A stretch of DNA of 64,000 bases from a virus. Position 1 is the stretch's first letter, and each line of letters starts with the position of its first letter. Below are positions 54,560 to 63,846 of the stretch, in pieces. Under the pieces are notes generated by a model that saw only the letters and a list, made by a program, of their open reading frames with translations, had not been told where the DNA came from and did not search any database. Position numbers and translations under genes: made by a program. Where the stretch lies: IMG/VR virus record IMGVR_UViG_3300005617_000004, positions 32,001 through 96,000 of that record; one strand, written 5' to 3'.

Positions 54560-54720
54560 GCCTCGTTTTTCCTTATAACGCGAAATCCGGAGTGAGAGAT
54601 GATAAGCACCGCAAGCAGAAACCACCACGGTGACCATGCGCGCTGATCGACCAGATAGGCGGTGCCGGCGAGTACCCCGCCGTCGAACACCAGCATGAGC
54701 GCGTACGCACCCAGCGTCAT
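54556..54720 (-). CDS. Small two-TM protein
   Basis: WSPWWFLLA. Confidence 0.6.
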   Translation of the reverse strand: MTLGAYALMLVFDGGVLAGTAYLVDQRAWSPWWFLLAVLIISHSGFRVIRKNEA

Positions 54721-55103
54721 GCCAGCCACAGCAGCCACCAGCGCTTCTTCGTCGACACGGGGGTGATCGGGAAATCGGTCGCGAGAAGTGGCGGCGGCAT
54801 GACAGCCGGGGTGGGGTCAGCGATGGGGGCGTTCGGGTCGAACCGGATGAACGCGGTCAGCATCCGGGCCTGTGCCGCCGCCGTGTCGAACGGGTAGAGA
54901 CCCTCGCTCAGAGTTGCGGCGCGGACCTCAGGTCCCGGACTGTACACAGCCCAGAACTTCGCCCAGAGATCGGGGTTTTCCCGGTCGTGCTCGTTGGCGC
55001 TCGCCAGCAATGACACGAACCAGTAGCCCGCATCCTGCTCTACCGCGTCCATGGCCCCATCGAAGCCGGCCTCGCGCGCACTGTCGTTGAGATACTGTCC
55101 CAT
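54717..55103 (-). CDS. Hypothetical protein
   Basis: GGAGGAG SD. Confidence 0.65.
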   Translation of the reverse strand: MGQYLNDSAREAGFDGAMDAVEQDAGYWFVSLLASANEHDRENPDLWAKFWAVYSPGPEVRAATLSEGLYPFDTAAAQARMLTAFIRFDPNAPIADPTPAVMPPPLLATDFPITPVSTKKRWWLLWLA

Positions 55104-55345
55104 CAGCTCCTCCGCCAGAATTGCCACCACCGCTTCAACGGCGGGGCCGGTGCGATGACCAGGAACCGGTCGGGCCGGACGGCTTCGACCGGGTTGCCGT
55201 CGTGCATGACGACCGACCACAGGCCGTCCGGCTCCAGCCGCGCCAGCACCGCACGCTCACTGACGTACCGGCGCCAGAACGTAGAGTCCTGGTTGTCGGC
55301 GGAGACCTTGACCAGCAGGGTACAGCCGGGGGTGGGAGGGATCAT
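55103..55345 (-). CDS. Hypothetical protein ending KRWWQFWR
   Basis: Coupled ORF. Confidence 0.6.
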   Translation of the reverse strand: MIPPTPGCTLLVKVSADNQDSTFWRRYVSERAVLARLEPDGLWSVVMHDGNPVEAVRPDRFLVIAPAPPLKRWWQFWRRS

Positions 55346-55770
55346 TCGCGGACCGCCTTCCGAACGGCGGCGAGGATGGCGGCGTCCTCCTTGAGGTGGC
55401 GGATTGCGCTCCCGACGAGAAGGGAAAGATTCCAGTCTCGGAGCCCCGCTCCGGTGAGACCGACCGCGGCGCGCAGGTCGATGATCTGCTGCACGTCTGG
55501 CATCGCTGCGCGGAGCGCGTCGCGTTCTGCCGTCACCGCTTCCAGCGCGGCAGTCAGCGAGGCTTTCCAGTCGGATCCCTCCACCGACTGATTGACGCCC
55601 TTCAGGGTCAAGGTCACACCCGCCTCCCAGGCGAAAAAGTGCTGCCACCGCTCCTGGATATGCTGGATCGCGGCCAAGGGGGTGTCGGCGTCGATCTCTT
55701 CCGTCCGGTCATACGGGCCGGTCGGCAGGATCTTGCGGTCGATGGAGAAGGTGACGGCGTAGCGGGGCAT
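55342..55770 (-). CDS. Hypothetical protein
   Basis: AAGGA SD. Confidence 0.65.
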   Translation of the reverse strand: MPRYAVTFSIDRKILPTGPYDRTEEIDADTPLAAIQHIQERWQHFFAWEAGVTLTLKGVNQSVEGSDWKASLTAALEAVTAERDALRAAMPDVQQIIDLRAAVGLTGAGLRDWNLSLLVGSAIRHLKEDAAILAAVRKAVRE

Positions 55771-55781
55771 GGTGGTATCCT

Positions 55782-56243
55782 TCAGCGCTTGGACTGATTC
55801 AGCAAGGCGCGCAAGTTTTCGGTCGAATGGTGAACCAGCTCTGCGGCCTTGATGCGGAGTTCCTGCTGGACCTTGTCGTTGATGCGGTTGCATTCGGCGT
55901 ACCAGACACCGAAATCACTCGAAGATGACTCTGGCGGCGTGGGGTTCTGCTGCTCCAGCTCACGCTGATACTGTGCCACCAGGGCGTCGACCAGCTGCGA
56001 GCGATCACACTGGTTGCTGTCGAACCCGGCGTCCTGCTGCCCTGCGTGCATTCCGGCAGGCTGTTCGGGCAGAAAAGGTGCATGGGGACTGTCGGGGCCT
56101 TCCGGGTTCGGCTCGGTACGGCCGAGAAAGTCGAGGTTCTCGAACTCATTCTTGCCGAGCCGGGGGCGACGCCGGCGCAGCAGGAACACCACGGCCAGCA
56201 GCAGAGGGAGGGCGAGCGCGGCCAAGACGTAGATGGCGAACAT
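55782..56243 (-). CDS. Membrane-anchored hypothetical protein
   Basis: N-terminal TM + RRRR. Confidence 0.65.
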   Translation of the reverse strand: MFAIYVLAALALPLLLAVVFLLRRRRPRLGKNEFENLDFLGRTEPNPEGPDSPHAPFLPEQPAGMHAGQQDAGFDSNQCDRSQLVDALVAQYQRELEQQNPTPPESSSSDFGVWYAECNRINDKVQQELRIKAAELVHHSTENLRALLNQSKR

Positions 56244-56254
56244 GGTGGGATCCT

Positions 56255-56695
56255 TCAGTGCGCCGGCGTCTGCTGCGGGGCCTTCACGCGCCGCTCGCGC
56301 GTGCCGGCTTCCATCAGCGGGATACCCGCCTCGGTCGGGACGTAGATCACGTCGTTGCGGCCTTCGTGCAGGTTGTTGATCCACAGGTAGTGCAGGTACA
56401 GCTCGTTGTTCTCGAGCGACTTGCCGATGATCTCGTTGGCCTGCGCCACGCCGCGAGCGCGGGCCACCTCGGCTTCGGCCAGCATCTTGGCGGAGTCGAG
56501 CTTCGCCTGTGCCTCCAGCACCGCCACGCGGCGCGTGCTCTCGGCCTTCATCAGGTCGCCCTGGCCTTCCTTGTCCTTCAGATACACGCTGTAGGAGGGG
56601 CAGCCGGTCAGGCACCCGATGATCAGGCCCAGCACCAGGACGATGGTCAGGGTAATGGTGATCTCGCCTTCGGCGCGACGGGGGAGGTTCGGCAT
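56255..56695 (-). CDS. Membrane protein, band-7/SPFH-related coiled coil
   Basis: RARGVAQAN.IIG.SL..N..YL.YLWI...IYVPTE. Confidence 0.75.
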   Translation of the reverse strand: MPNLPRRAEGEITITLTIVLVLGLIIGCLTGCPSYSVYLKDKEGQGDLMKAESTRRVAVLEAQAKLDSAKMLAEAEVARARGVAQANEIIGKSLENNELYLHYLWINNLHEGRNDVIYVPTEAGIPLMEAGTRERRVKAPQQTPAH

Positions 56696-56704
56696 GGTGT
56701 GGTC

Positions 56705-56911
56705 CTAGGAGCTCTTGGTGTTGTCGAACATGCAGTTGGTGAAGGAGGTGCCGTTGGTCGCGCACAGGCTGCTGAGGGCTTCCAGGGCGGCGGTCTTCGC
56801 CGCGTCGCACGCCGGAGACGCCAGGATATCGTTGATCGCCGCCCGGGCCTCCTGGATCGTGTCCTTGTGGGCTCCGACGTGGACGAAGGGTTGTACGGCG
56901 CGCTTGGCCAT
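56705..56911 (-). CDS. Hypothetical protein
   Basis: Promoter TTGACC-N16-TAGGAC (56968-56941), GGAG SD. Confidence 0.65.
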   Translation of the reverse strand: MAKRAVQPFVHVGAHKDTIQEARAAINDILASPACDAAKTAALEALSSLCATNGTSFTNCMFDNTKSS

Positions 56912-56964
56912 GGGAGACTCCGTAGGAGGTATGGACAGCAGTCCTATTGAGCGGCTAGGGAGGG

Positions 56965-57393
56965 TCAAGAGGGAAGTTTCTCGCTCACTATGGGAGTCAA
57001 GGACTGCCCATCCCAGGTGCCAATGGAACCGTCCCGGCGCAAGGCAGCGAGAACAGGACACAGATGGACGAGGCCCCCATGCTGGTCGGTGTGAAGGTTC
57101 AGTGTCTCCAGAGACATGATCACGTACCCTTCCGGAAGCCCATACGCCGGGCCGCGCAGGATGTAGACGACGCGGCGCCAGAGTTCCTTGCCGGTGTAGT
57201 GCGGTTCGAGATAGACGTCGACGACCGCCATTCCTGGCGGCGCGGGTGGATTGCCGCCCGGGAACCACTCCCGCAGCCGCAGCACGTCGCCCACCGCGAA
57301 CCCGCGGTCATCCTTGCGGAGGTCCCAGGGCTTGATGCCTTGACCGATGGCGGCGAAGACGTCGGGGTGGGTTTTCAGGTCGTGGAGTTTCAT
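56965..57393 (-). CDS. ASCH/PUA-like (DUF3850) protein
   Basis: HDLK..P..F.AI..G.K..DLRKDDRGF.VGD.L.LREW...GYVIMSL. Confidence 0.85.
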   Translation of the reverse strand: MKLHDLKTHPDVFAAIGQGIKPWDLRKDDRGFAVGDVLRLREWFPGGNPPAPPGMAVVDVYLEPHYTGKELWRRVVYILRGPAYGLPEGYVIMSLETLNLHTDQHGGLVHLCPVLAALRRDGSIGTWDGQSLTPIVSEKLPS

Positions 57394-57394
57394 G

Positions 57395-58009
57395 TCAGCA
57401 CGAGCACGTGAAGCTGAAGTTCTCGTCGTCGAAGTCGACCGTGCACCCAAGCACGATCTCGGCATGGTATTTCAGCTCCACCTCGTCGACCAAGTCACCG
57501 CGACTGTGCATGTCCCTACCGGAATAGTGAATCTCCTTGTTCCTGAGGCCGTCCAGCAGGCGTGCGTACGCCACGTCAGCGTCGTCATACGGACTGGTGC
57601 GAGCGGCGTACTGCCGCAGCCAGGACTTCGACACTTCCTTGTCGTCTCGGCTCTGCTGATCCACCTTGTCCACCGCCGGGAACGCCGGGTGGGTCCACTC
57701 GTGGCGCAGGGTGGTGACTTGGCCCTGGTAGAGGCAGAGCCAGAAGGTCTGGCCGATCTCGACGGTCTTGGGCAAGAACGGGTCGACGATGCCGACTGCC
57801 GTGGTAGAGCCGGCGACATCGCCATAAGCCTCCGCGTTCGTGCCGTCGTGCAGGATGGATACGTGCATTCCGGGGCGCAGCCGCTCGCGCGCCTTCACCG
57901 GCACCACCGCGATGTGGATCGCGTCGCGCTGGTTCTGCTCGCCGAGCTTGGTGATCAGTTCACCGAGCCGAGCCTCCTTAGTCTTATTGCGGTTGAAGGG
58001 GTCGTTCAT
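57395..58009 (-). CDS. Conserved phage hypothetical protein
   Basis: RDAIHIAV, GIVDPFL, LRHEWTHP, FTCSC. Confidence 0.75.
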   Translation of the reverse strand: MNDPFNRNKTKEARLGELITKLGEQNQRDAIHIAVVPVKARERLRPGMHVSILHDGTNAEAYGDVAGSTTAVGIVDPFLPKTVEIGQTFWLCLYQGQVTTLRHEWTHPAFPAVDKVDQQSRDDKEVSKSWLRQYAARTSPYDDADVAYARLLDGLRNKEIHYSGRDMHSRGDLVDEVELKYHAEIVLGCTVDFDDENFSFTCSC

Positions 58010-58011
58010 GG

Positions 58012-58380
58012 TTACTTCTTTCCGAGCACTTGCCGCTCGTAGATGCTGTCGACTGTGTCTGGCTCGATCGTCGTGCTGAGCAAGGGGCCCAGCTGGATAC
58101 ACGACATGGCGTGGCCCATCGACCCATACGACTTCTCGACGACACTGATGCTCGGATGGCTCTCGAGATAATTGTCAGCGTAGTCGGCCAGATGCTGCGC
58201 CATCTCCGGCTTCAGGTCGCCACGCTGGATAGCGCGGGCAATCCCGTTCGGGTCAACCTTGTAGCCGACCTGCAGTCCGTCCGGGCCGTAGACCGCGCAG
58301 CCGAGATTGGTGCACTCACCGACGCGCCGGTGGTTGACGGCGCGGAGGATGAGGTATTTGCCCCAGATGCGGTCGGTCAT
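58012..58380 (-). CDS. Hypothetical protein
   Basis: Coupled ORF. Confidence 0.65.
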   Translation of the reverse strand: MTDRIWGKYLILRAVNHRRVGECTNLGCAVYGPDGLQVGYKVDPNGIARAIQRGDLKPEMAQHLADYADNYLESHPSISVVEKSYGSMGHAMSCIQLGPLLSTTIEPDTVDSIYERQVLGKK

Positions 58381-58847
58381 CGTACCCTCTTGAGCGTGTT
58401 GCGCCATATCCAGAAGTGGAACACGACCTTCTGGCCGATCGCCAGCGAGTCAACGATCTCCATAGCCTTGCGGGCGTGCACCAGAGACACCCCGCGATGG
58501 TGTTTGTGCTCCAGCGCTCGGTTCCTCTGCACGAACCGGTCCAGGCTCTGCAGGCGCGACCACCTACCTTCCTCGGAGTCGAACACCTTGAAGGCGCGGT
58601 GCTTACCGGTCTGGCGCTTGAACCGGCCGTGCGGGACGGCGGTGAAGAAGCCGAACAGGCCGTTGTCGTAGTGGCCGACAGTCTTCAGCAGGCGCATGCC
58701 GGGCAGGAAGGGCTTGCGGTACGAGGCGCGGCGCTTGTGGACCATCTCGGTGAGGAGCACGTCGAACTCGGTCTCCGATATGGCCGGCAGCGGGTTCGGC
58801 TGCTCGGCGGCGATGGAACCATCGGGGTTGATAACGACGTCGGTCAT
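58377..58847 (-). CDS. Hypothetical basic protein
   Basis: Coupled ORF. Confidence 0.65.
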   Translation of the reverse strand: MTDVVINPDGSIAAEQPNPLPAISETEFDVLLTEMVHKRRASYRKPFLPGMRLLKTVGHYDNGLFGFFTAVPHGRFKRQTGKHRAFKVFDSEEGRWSRLQSLDRFVQRNRALEHKHHRGVSLVHARKAMEIVDSLAIGQKVVFHFWIWRNTLKRVR

Positions 58848-59092
58848 TCGAGATCCTTCGCCGCCTTCTCCAGCCGCTTCGCGCGATTGATGGTCGCCTT
58901 CGAGCACGGCTCGATCCACGACTGCGCGTGCGCGTGGCTCGCGTTCATGGCGCGCAGCTGCTTGGCGGTGTTCTTGAGGAGACAGATCAGCTTGGCGTGG
59001 GGGTTGACGTGCTTGTAGACCGGCGGCCCGGGGTACAGCAGACTCGCGAAGTTCGTTGGTGCGTATCTGCGGTGTGACATGGCGAGCTCCAT
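58844..59092 (-). CDS. Hypothetical protein
   Basis: Coupled ORF. Confidence 0.55.
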   Translation of the reverse strand: MELAMSHRRYAPTNFASLLYPGPPVYKHVNPHAKLICLLKNTAKQLRAMNASHAHAQSWIEPCSKATINRAKRLEKAAKDLE

Positions 59093-59403
59093 CAGGGGTT
59101 ATAGGCTTCGATGCGGCGATGCTTCTCGTCCGTGGTGTGACCGTCCCACGTGTACAGCTTCGTCGGCAGGTGGACGAGTTGCGGCAGCATGTCCTTCGGG
59201 AGATGCCACGACGCCTGCCCGGTCGGCAATTCGATGATCACGACGGGCCAGTCGGGCTCCTGTGGATCGACTTCGACGGAGGCGGGGAAGAGCTTCGACA
59301 GCAGGACGACAAGGCGGTTGCGCTCGTCGTAACCTTGGTCGATCTTGCGAACGAGGTCGTTGACGGCGGCCTGGATGTCGCGTACGCGGGGGTCGTCGGT
59401 CAT
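59092..59403 (-). CDS. WDGH-motif phage protein
   Basis: Y.ERN.LV..L...I.LPTGQ.SWH...WDGHTT. Confidence 0.8.
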   Translation of the reverse strand: MTDDPRVRDIQAAVNDLVRKIDQGYDERNRLVVLLSKLFPASVEVDPQEPDWPVVIIELPTGQASWHLPKDMLPQLVHLPTKLYTWDGHTTDEKHRRIEAYNP

Positions 59404-59660
59404 GCTGGTGTCCTCGGTGGTGCCGGCAGCTTCGCCCAGCCGAGCACCTCGCGCGCCTCGTCGATGTAGGCGGCGCACTGGGCGCAGTGGTGGTCGCCGC
59501 CGTTGTGGGCGTGCATCGCGGGGGAGCCGGAGGCGACGTGTTCGAGGGCGACGCGGAGGGCTACCGGCACGGTACCCGTTCCCTGGCACGCTACGCAGGT
59601 CATCTGAAGACCTTGGATCTTCCGTACGCCGTGGCCGAAGCAGATGAGGCACTTCTTCAT
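59400..59660 (-). CDS. Small CxxCxGxG zinc-finger protein
   Basis: CLICFGHG...CVACQGTG. Confidence 0.65.
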   Translation of the reverse strand: MKKCLICFGHGVRKIQGLQMTCVACQGTGTVPVALRVALEHVASGSPAMHAHNGGDHHCAQCAAYIDEAREVLGWAKLPAPPRTPA

Positions 59661-59884
59661 ACCGGCCTCACCCAATTCGTCCACACGCCCTTGAGCCAGG
59701 ACAGGGTGTACAGGATGCTCAGCGCGAAGATGCCCCACTGCTCGGCCTGCCACGTGGTGTAGAACCAGAACGGCTGGGAGGCGAGGCCGAACAGGCAGGC
59801 GAAACGGCGGACGCTGGCGCGGCTGTCCTGCGTCAGGTAGATGGCGATCACGCCGAGGACGCCGAGGGCGAGCTGGGCGATCAT
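59657..59884 (-). CDS. Small membrane protein
   Basis: GLASQPFW...QWGIF. Confidence 0.75.
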   Translation of the reverse strand: MIAQLALGVLGVIAIYLTQDSRASVRRFACLFGLASQPFWFYTTWQAEQWGIFALSILYTLSWLKGVWTNWVRPV

Positions 59885-60147
59885 ATCGTCTTCGTCGCCG
59901 GATTGTTCGTCGCCGGAATGCGGCGACGCGCCAGCATCATGGCGTCGGCGACGGCGTACGCATTTGCGGCGATCTTCTCGTGGTGGTTGTCCTGCGACGC
60001 CCCCGGCATCATGAGGGTCGCCGCTATCTTCGCGGCGAAGTAGTCCCGAAGGTCCATACCGGCGTAGTGCACGGGCTCCATGTGGGCGGTGAGACCGGTG
60101 CGCTCCATGCGCGTGGTCGGGAACGCTGGTTGGCGGGGCAGGCTCAT
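59881..60147 (-). CDS. Phage Gp38-like small protein
   Basis: PAFP...GMDLRDYFAA...AY..ADAM. Confidence 0.8.
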   Translation of the reverse strand: MSLPRQPAFPTTRMERTGLTAHMEPVHYAGMDLRDYFAAKIAATLMMPGASQDNHHEKIAANAYAVADAMMLARRRIPATNNPATKTI

Positions 60148-60731
60148 GACGGCTTCACTCCATTGGTGTACACCTGTGAGGGCTTCTTCCACTCCGCGTT
60201 CAGCTGGACGCGGCGCGCGACGAACCAGTACAGCACCGATTTGCCGCCGTTGCGCTTCGGCGCATCGCAATCATTCCCGGCTTGCGTGGTACACCACGCG
60301 TCCTCGATACGAAAACCGTTGCCGATGAAAAACGCCTGGATCATCTTGTAGTCCGTGACGTGGATCCCATGCCCCTCCCACCCCGCCACCGGCGACTGCC
60401 CGATGAAGTGGCCGCCGAGGCGCACCATGGACGCGGCGTTGACGTACGCCTGATGCGCGTCCCAGACGTGCTCCAGGGTGCCGAGATTGAAGACGGTCTC
60501 GAAGTGCTCCTCCAGGATGCGGAACGGGCTTGCGAGAGTGACGCCGTCTCGCTTGCGCCACAGGGGCTCCCCCAGATTGCACTCGTAGTCCCCACCGTCC
60601 AGGTCGAGCGTCTTGTACTCGCACGGGAACCGGAAGCTGCTTGTGTTGGTCTGGCGACCGAGCATCAGCATGTCGGGGTGGCAGTATTTCCGGAGACGGG
60701 TGAAGGACTGCAGGTGGTCGTTGGTGATCAT
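60144..60731 (-). CDS. Class I SAM-dependent methyltransferase-like protein
   Basis: LDLDG, FETVFNLGTLEHV, V..GG. Confidence 0.75.
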   Translation of the reverse strand: MITNDHLQSFTRLRKYCHPDMLMLGRQTNTSSFRFPCEYKTLDLDGGDYECNLGEPLWRKRDGVTLASPFRILEEHFETVFNLGTLEHVWDAHQAYVNAASMVRLGGHFIGQSPVAGWEGHGIHVTDYKMIQAFFIGNGFRIEDAWCTTQAGNDCDAPKRNGGKSVLYWFVARRVQLNAEWKKPSQVYTNGVKPS

Positions 60732-60840
60732 GTGTCGGAGTTCCTGAAGAACCGGTCCATGGTGTAGCTGAAGACGAGCCAGACTGCCACGAATACCGCG
60801 ATAGCGGTGCCGAGGCGGTACGAGACGTAGAGGAAGGCGC

Positions 60841-61161
60841 TCATCCGAGAAACTCCAGCGCCTGATTGTGGTCGGAAATCTCCGCCGCGTACTCCGGGTA
60901 CAGGGCCGGCGCCTTGTCGGGGCAACGCTTCAGCGCGTGCAGCAGGCCGCAGGTGCAAAGTAGGTGGTGCTTGTGGTAGAACTCGCAGTCGACGTCGTGG
61001 ATCAGGAAGCTGCTTGCCGCGGTAGTGCGGCGCCAGTGCGAGAAGTGGTCATCGGCGGCGTACTGCGCGAGAACCTGCGCGAAACTCTCACGGGTGAACG
61101 TCGGCTGCCGGAACAGTGACGTGATCTGGGTGATGGCGCGGTTGAGGGCTTCTTGGTTCAC
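60841..61161 (-). CDS. Hypothetical protein with H..DC...CTCGL
   Basis: Coupled ORF. Confidence 0.65.
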   Translation of the reverse strand: MNQEALNRAITQITSLFRQPTFTRESFAQVLAQYAADDHFSHWRRTTAASSFLIHDVDCEFYHKHHLLCTCGLLHALKRCPDKAPALYPEYAAEISDHNQALEFLG

Positions 61162-61508
61162 GTGATGTCCTTCGGCGGCTTCGGCTCAGGCCGCCAGTGC
61201 GTCGGGCGAATCGGCCCGTGGTACTCACCGCGCGCAACGCCGTCGTCGGCGTCCCAGAACGCCGAGCACACCGCGGCCGCGTAACGGCAGCCGTCGAACT
61301 CGCCGGCCGGGTGGTAGAACACGTAGCAACCCGACGGCGGCTTCTGGTCGGACAGCTTGGTCCAACCGTCGTTTACTGCAGCCACGTACTCGTCGTGGCT
61401 GACCCACGCGCCCGTCGGCGACTCTTCCATGCTGGTAAGGATCGGGATCCGACCGTGGCCGTTGATGGTCAGGTACAGCTCGGCGAGGTTGTAGCGTTTG
61501 ACGGTCAT
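61158..61508 (-). CDS. DUF551-like phage protein
   Basis: W...S...P...PTHW.P.P.PP. Confidence 0.7.
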   Translation of the reverse strand: MTVKRYNLAELYLTINGHGRIPILTSMEESPTGAWVSHDEYVAAVNDGWTKLSDQKPPSGCYVFYHPAGEFDGCRYAAAVCSAFWDADDGVARGEYHGPIRPTHWRPEPKPPKDIT

Positions 61509-61717
61509 ATGATGCCCAGGTACCAGTTACGCTTCCGCTGTGCGCTAACCGCCAGCGCGATAGCCGAGCCGCCGACATAGCCCGGGTCGGAGCTGCAAGC
61601 ATTGTCGAGAGCGCGGAACGCTGCCATCGCTCGCTTCCGGAAGAACCGCAGCCGGGCTTCCTGGCGGGCGACGATGGCGCACTGGTGGAGGGCTTCGCGG
61701 TCGGCGGGGGTGATCAT
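61505..61717 (-). CDS. Hypothetical protein
   Basis: Coupled ORF. Confidence 0.55.
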   Translation of the reverse strand: MITPADREALHQCAIVARQEARLRFFRKRAMAAFRALDNACSSDPGYVGGSAIALAVSAQRKRNWYLGII

Positions 61718-61896
61718 GACTTCTTCACCTTTCTCGGCTCCATGAGGTCGATGACCCAGTCCAGGGACTCCAGGTAGCAGCCATAGTCGCGACGCTTGCG
61801 CGCAGACTTCTGCGCAAAGCCTTCCTCGGCGACTTCGCTGCGCTTGCGCCGGACCGCAGCGACGAGTGCGCGGCATTTGCGCTGGTAGGGGCTCAC
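61714..61896 (-). CDS. Hypothetical protein
   Basis: Coupled ORF. Confidence 0.55.
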   Translation of the reverse strand: MSPYQRKCRALVAAVRRKRSEVAEEGFAQKSARKRRDYGCYLESLDWVIDLMEPRKVKKS

Positions 61897-62153
61897 GACT
61901 TGTCCTCCACGACCTTGAGGTTCTTCTCCAGGTCGTCGATCTGGGCGCCGATCATCCCGTCGTGCGCGCCCTTCTTGGACTCGGCGAAGGCCTTGATCAG
62001 CTTCTTCTCGTCGGAGAAGCCCACCTTCATGCCGACGTTGGTGCCATTCTTCAGCCGGAAGACGATGTGCAGGTTGAAGCCCTCGTCGGACGACTCGGTG
62101 TAGAGCAGCACCTGCCGGTCGCGGAGGGTGTGGATGTGGGCGAAGTCGTTCAT
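61893..62153 (-). CDS. Hypothetical protein
   Basis: Coupled ORF. Confidence 0.6.
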   Translation of the reverse strand: MNDFAHIHTLRDRQVLLYTESSDEGFNLHIVFRLKNGTNVGMKVGFSDEKKLIKAFAESKKGAHDGMIGAQIDDLEKNLKVVEDKS

Positions 62154-62383
62154 GGCGCCACCACGAACCGCGTCACGCCCGGCCGCGCTTCGTCGGACCA
62201 CATCGCCAGCGGCCGCACCCAGGTGTTGCCCTGCGGGTCGCGGTAGGCCACGACAAGTTCGCCGGTCTCGGAGTGGTGGCCGACGCCGTCCACGGTGTAG
62301 AACTCACCAGGATGCTTCCAGTGGGTCCAACGGGAGCCGCGCTGGGGAGCGTTGGCGGGGATAGGAGCAGGGCTGGTGAGCAT
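62150..62383 (-). CDS. DUF1653-family protein
   Basis: H.K...Y.V.GVG.HSET.E.VV.Y...WVRPL.MW...RF. Confidence 0.85.
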   Translation of the reverse strand: MLTSPAPIPANAPQRGSRWTHWKHPGEFYTVDGVGHHSETGELVVAYRDPQGNTWVRPLAMWSDEARPGVTRFVVAP

Positions 62384-62550
62384 CTCAGTTCTCGGGGTTG
62401 TAGGTGGGCGCGTTCAGGTACTGGGACTCGGGGGAGGTCGGATCGGCCAGCTGCTTGGCGACGGTGTCGAGCGCGGCCGCGAGTGCCTCGGTGAAGCGGC
62501 CAGCGATACAGACCGAGCGCTGTAGCTCGGGGGAGGGGTGATCGTTCATG

Positions 62551-63198
62551 TCAGTTCTCCGTCAGTCTGACGAGGTAGAAGCGCCGGCCCTCGATCTCGA
62601 CGTACGGGTACATGCGCGCCGCCACGCCGTCGAGGGTGCCGGGTTGGCTGGCGCGGTGCATGGCGTGGAAGACCGACTGCCCCAGGGTGAAGCCGGACGT
62701 CGGCAACCGGTCCTCGGGCTCGTACTGCACGCGCAGTGTCGGCCGCTGGCCCGAGCCGCCGCACTCCCGGCACTTGTCGCCGTCCGGGTTGCCGCCGTCG
62801 GCGTCGATGGTGGATTGGTCGGTGCCGGAGCCGATGCACGCAGGGCAAGCGGTCTCCACGGCCTTGGCGCGCATAATGTGGTCGGAGGTGGCCATCATCG
62901 CATTCGCGAACCACCCCGTCATCGTGTCGACGTCCGCGGCGATGTGGGGCAGGATGCTGATATGCTCGACGAAGGACTTGGCCCAGGCGTGGGCGTCGGT
63001 GCTGCCAAGCGGAGGCTTGGCAGGTTCGGGCCTGATGCGGTAGTTCTCAGGCGCGTCGTCGAACTCCAGGCCGCCGCCATACGCGATCCAAGTGAACGCG
63101 CCCGCAGCGTCCAATGGACCACTACGATGTTCGATCGTCTTACCCGCGGCGAACGCCAGGAAGATCGGCAGCAGGGCTCTGGCTTGGTCGGGGGTCAT
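62551..63198 (-). CDS. Multi-domain phage hypothetical protein with zinc finger
   Basis: AFAAGKTIE...YRIRP; DA..WA..F...WFANAM; CPACIGSG...CRECGGSG. Confidence 0.7.
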   Translation of the reverse strand: MTPDQARALLPIFLAFAAGKTIEHRSGPLDAAGAFTWIAYGGGLEFDDAPENYRIRPEPAKPPLGSTDAHAWAKSFVEHISILPHIAADVDTMTGWFANAMMATSDHIMRAKAVETACPACIGSGTDQSTIDADGGNPDGDKCRECGGSGQRPTLRVQYEPEDRLPTSGFTLGQSVFHAMHRASQPGTLDGVAARMYPYVEIEGRRFYLVRLTEN

Positions 63199-63199
63199 G

Positions 63200-63475
63200 T
63201 CAGGAATCCTTGTTGAGCTTGACGCCCCGAATGTCCGCGATGTCCTGCGCCAGTTGCTGCACTACCGCGCGTTTGACCCGCAGCCGCTTCTGGTGTGCCT
63301 TCCGGAACCGCTCCGCGGCGCGCTTGGCGGCTGCCAGGGCGAGGTCCATACTCGCGTAGCCGGAGCGGCGCCAGCGCCTGAGAACCGCGGCCGACCAGCA
63401 CTCACAGACCACGGCGGAGTAGGTGGAGCCGCGATTGAGGTAGGCGCGGGGCCGGAAGGAAATGGGGCGGGTCAT
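63200..63475 (-). CDS. Hypothetical basic protein
   Basis: Coupled ORF. Confidence 0.6.
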   Translation of the reverse strand: MTRPISFRPRAYLNRGSTYSAVVCECWSAAVLRRWRRSGYASMDLALAAAKRAAERFRKAHQKRLRVKRAVVQQLAQDIADIRGVKLNKDS

Positions 63476-63846
63476 GGCTTCTCCGCCGCACTCGGCCTGA
63501 TCACCGGCGACGGTGGCGTCACCTGCACCGGCCGGCTCAAGTCATTGATCTTTGCTAGGTTCCAGGTGTAGACACTGGACACCGCGTAACAGCACCAGGG
63601 GACCGTGAGCCATGAGCAGAGGAGCGAGACGGTGAGCGCCGCGGCGACTTTCCTGCGCCACGTGTTCTTCGGCCGCCACTTGGCATACGCGGCGTCGTAT
63701 GCGGCGCTCTCCTCCTTGTAGCTGCTGTAGCCGTACATGGACGGCTTCACGGGGGCGCCGCAGTGGAGAACGGCGACTACCCCCACTGCCTGCGCCGTCG
63801 CAGCGAAGAAGATCGCGAGATTGAGAGTGGTGTTGTCGATTTCCAT
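63472..63846 (-). CDS. Two-TM membrane protein
   Basis: AAGGAG SD, hydrophobic segments. Confidence 0.65.
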   Translation of the reverse strand: MEIDNTTLNLAIFFAATAQAVGVVAVLHCGAPVKPSMYGYSSYKEESAAYDAAYAKWRPKNTWRRKVAAALTVSLLCSWLTVPWCCYAVSSVYTWNLAKINDLSRPVQVTPPSPVIRPSAAEKP

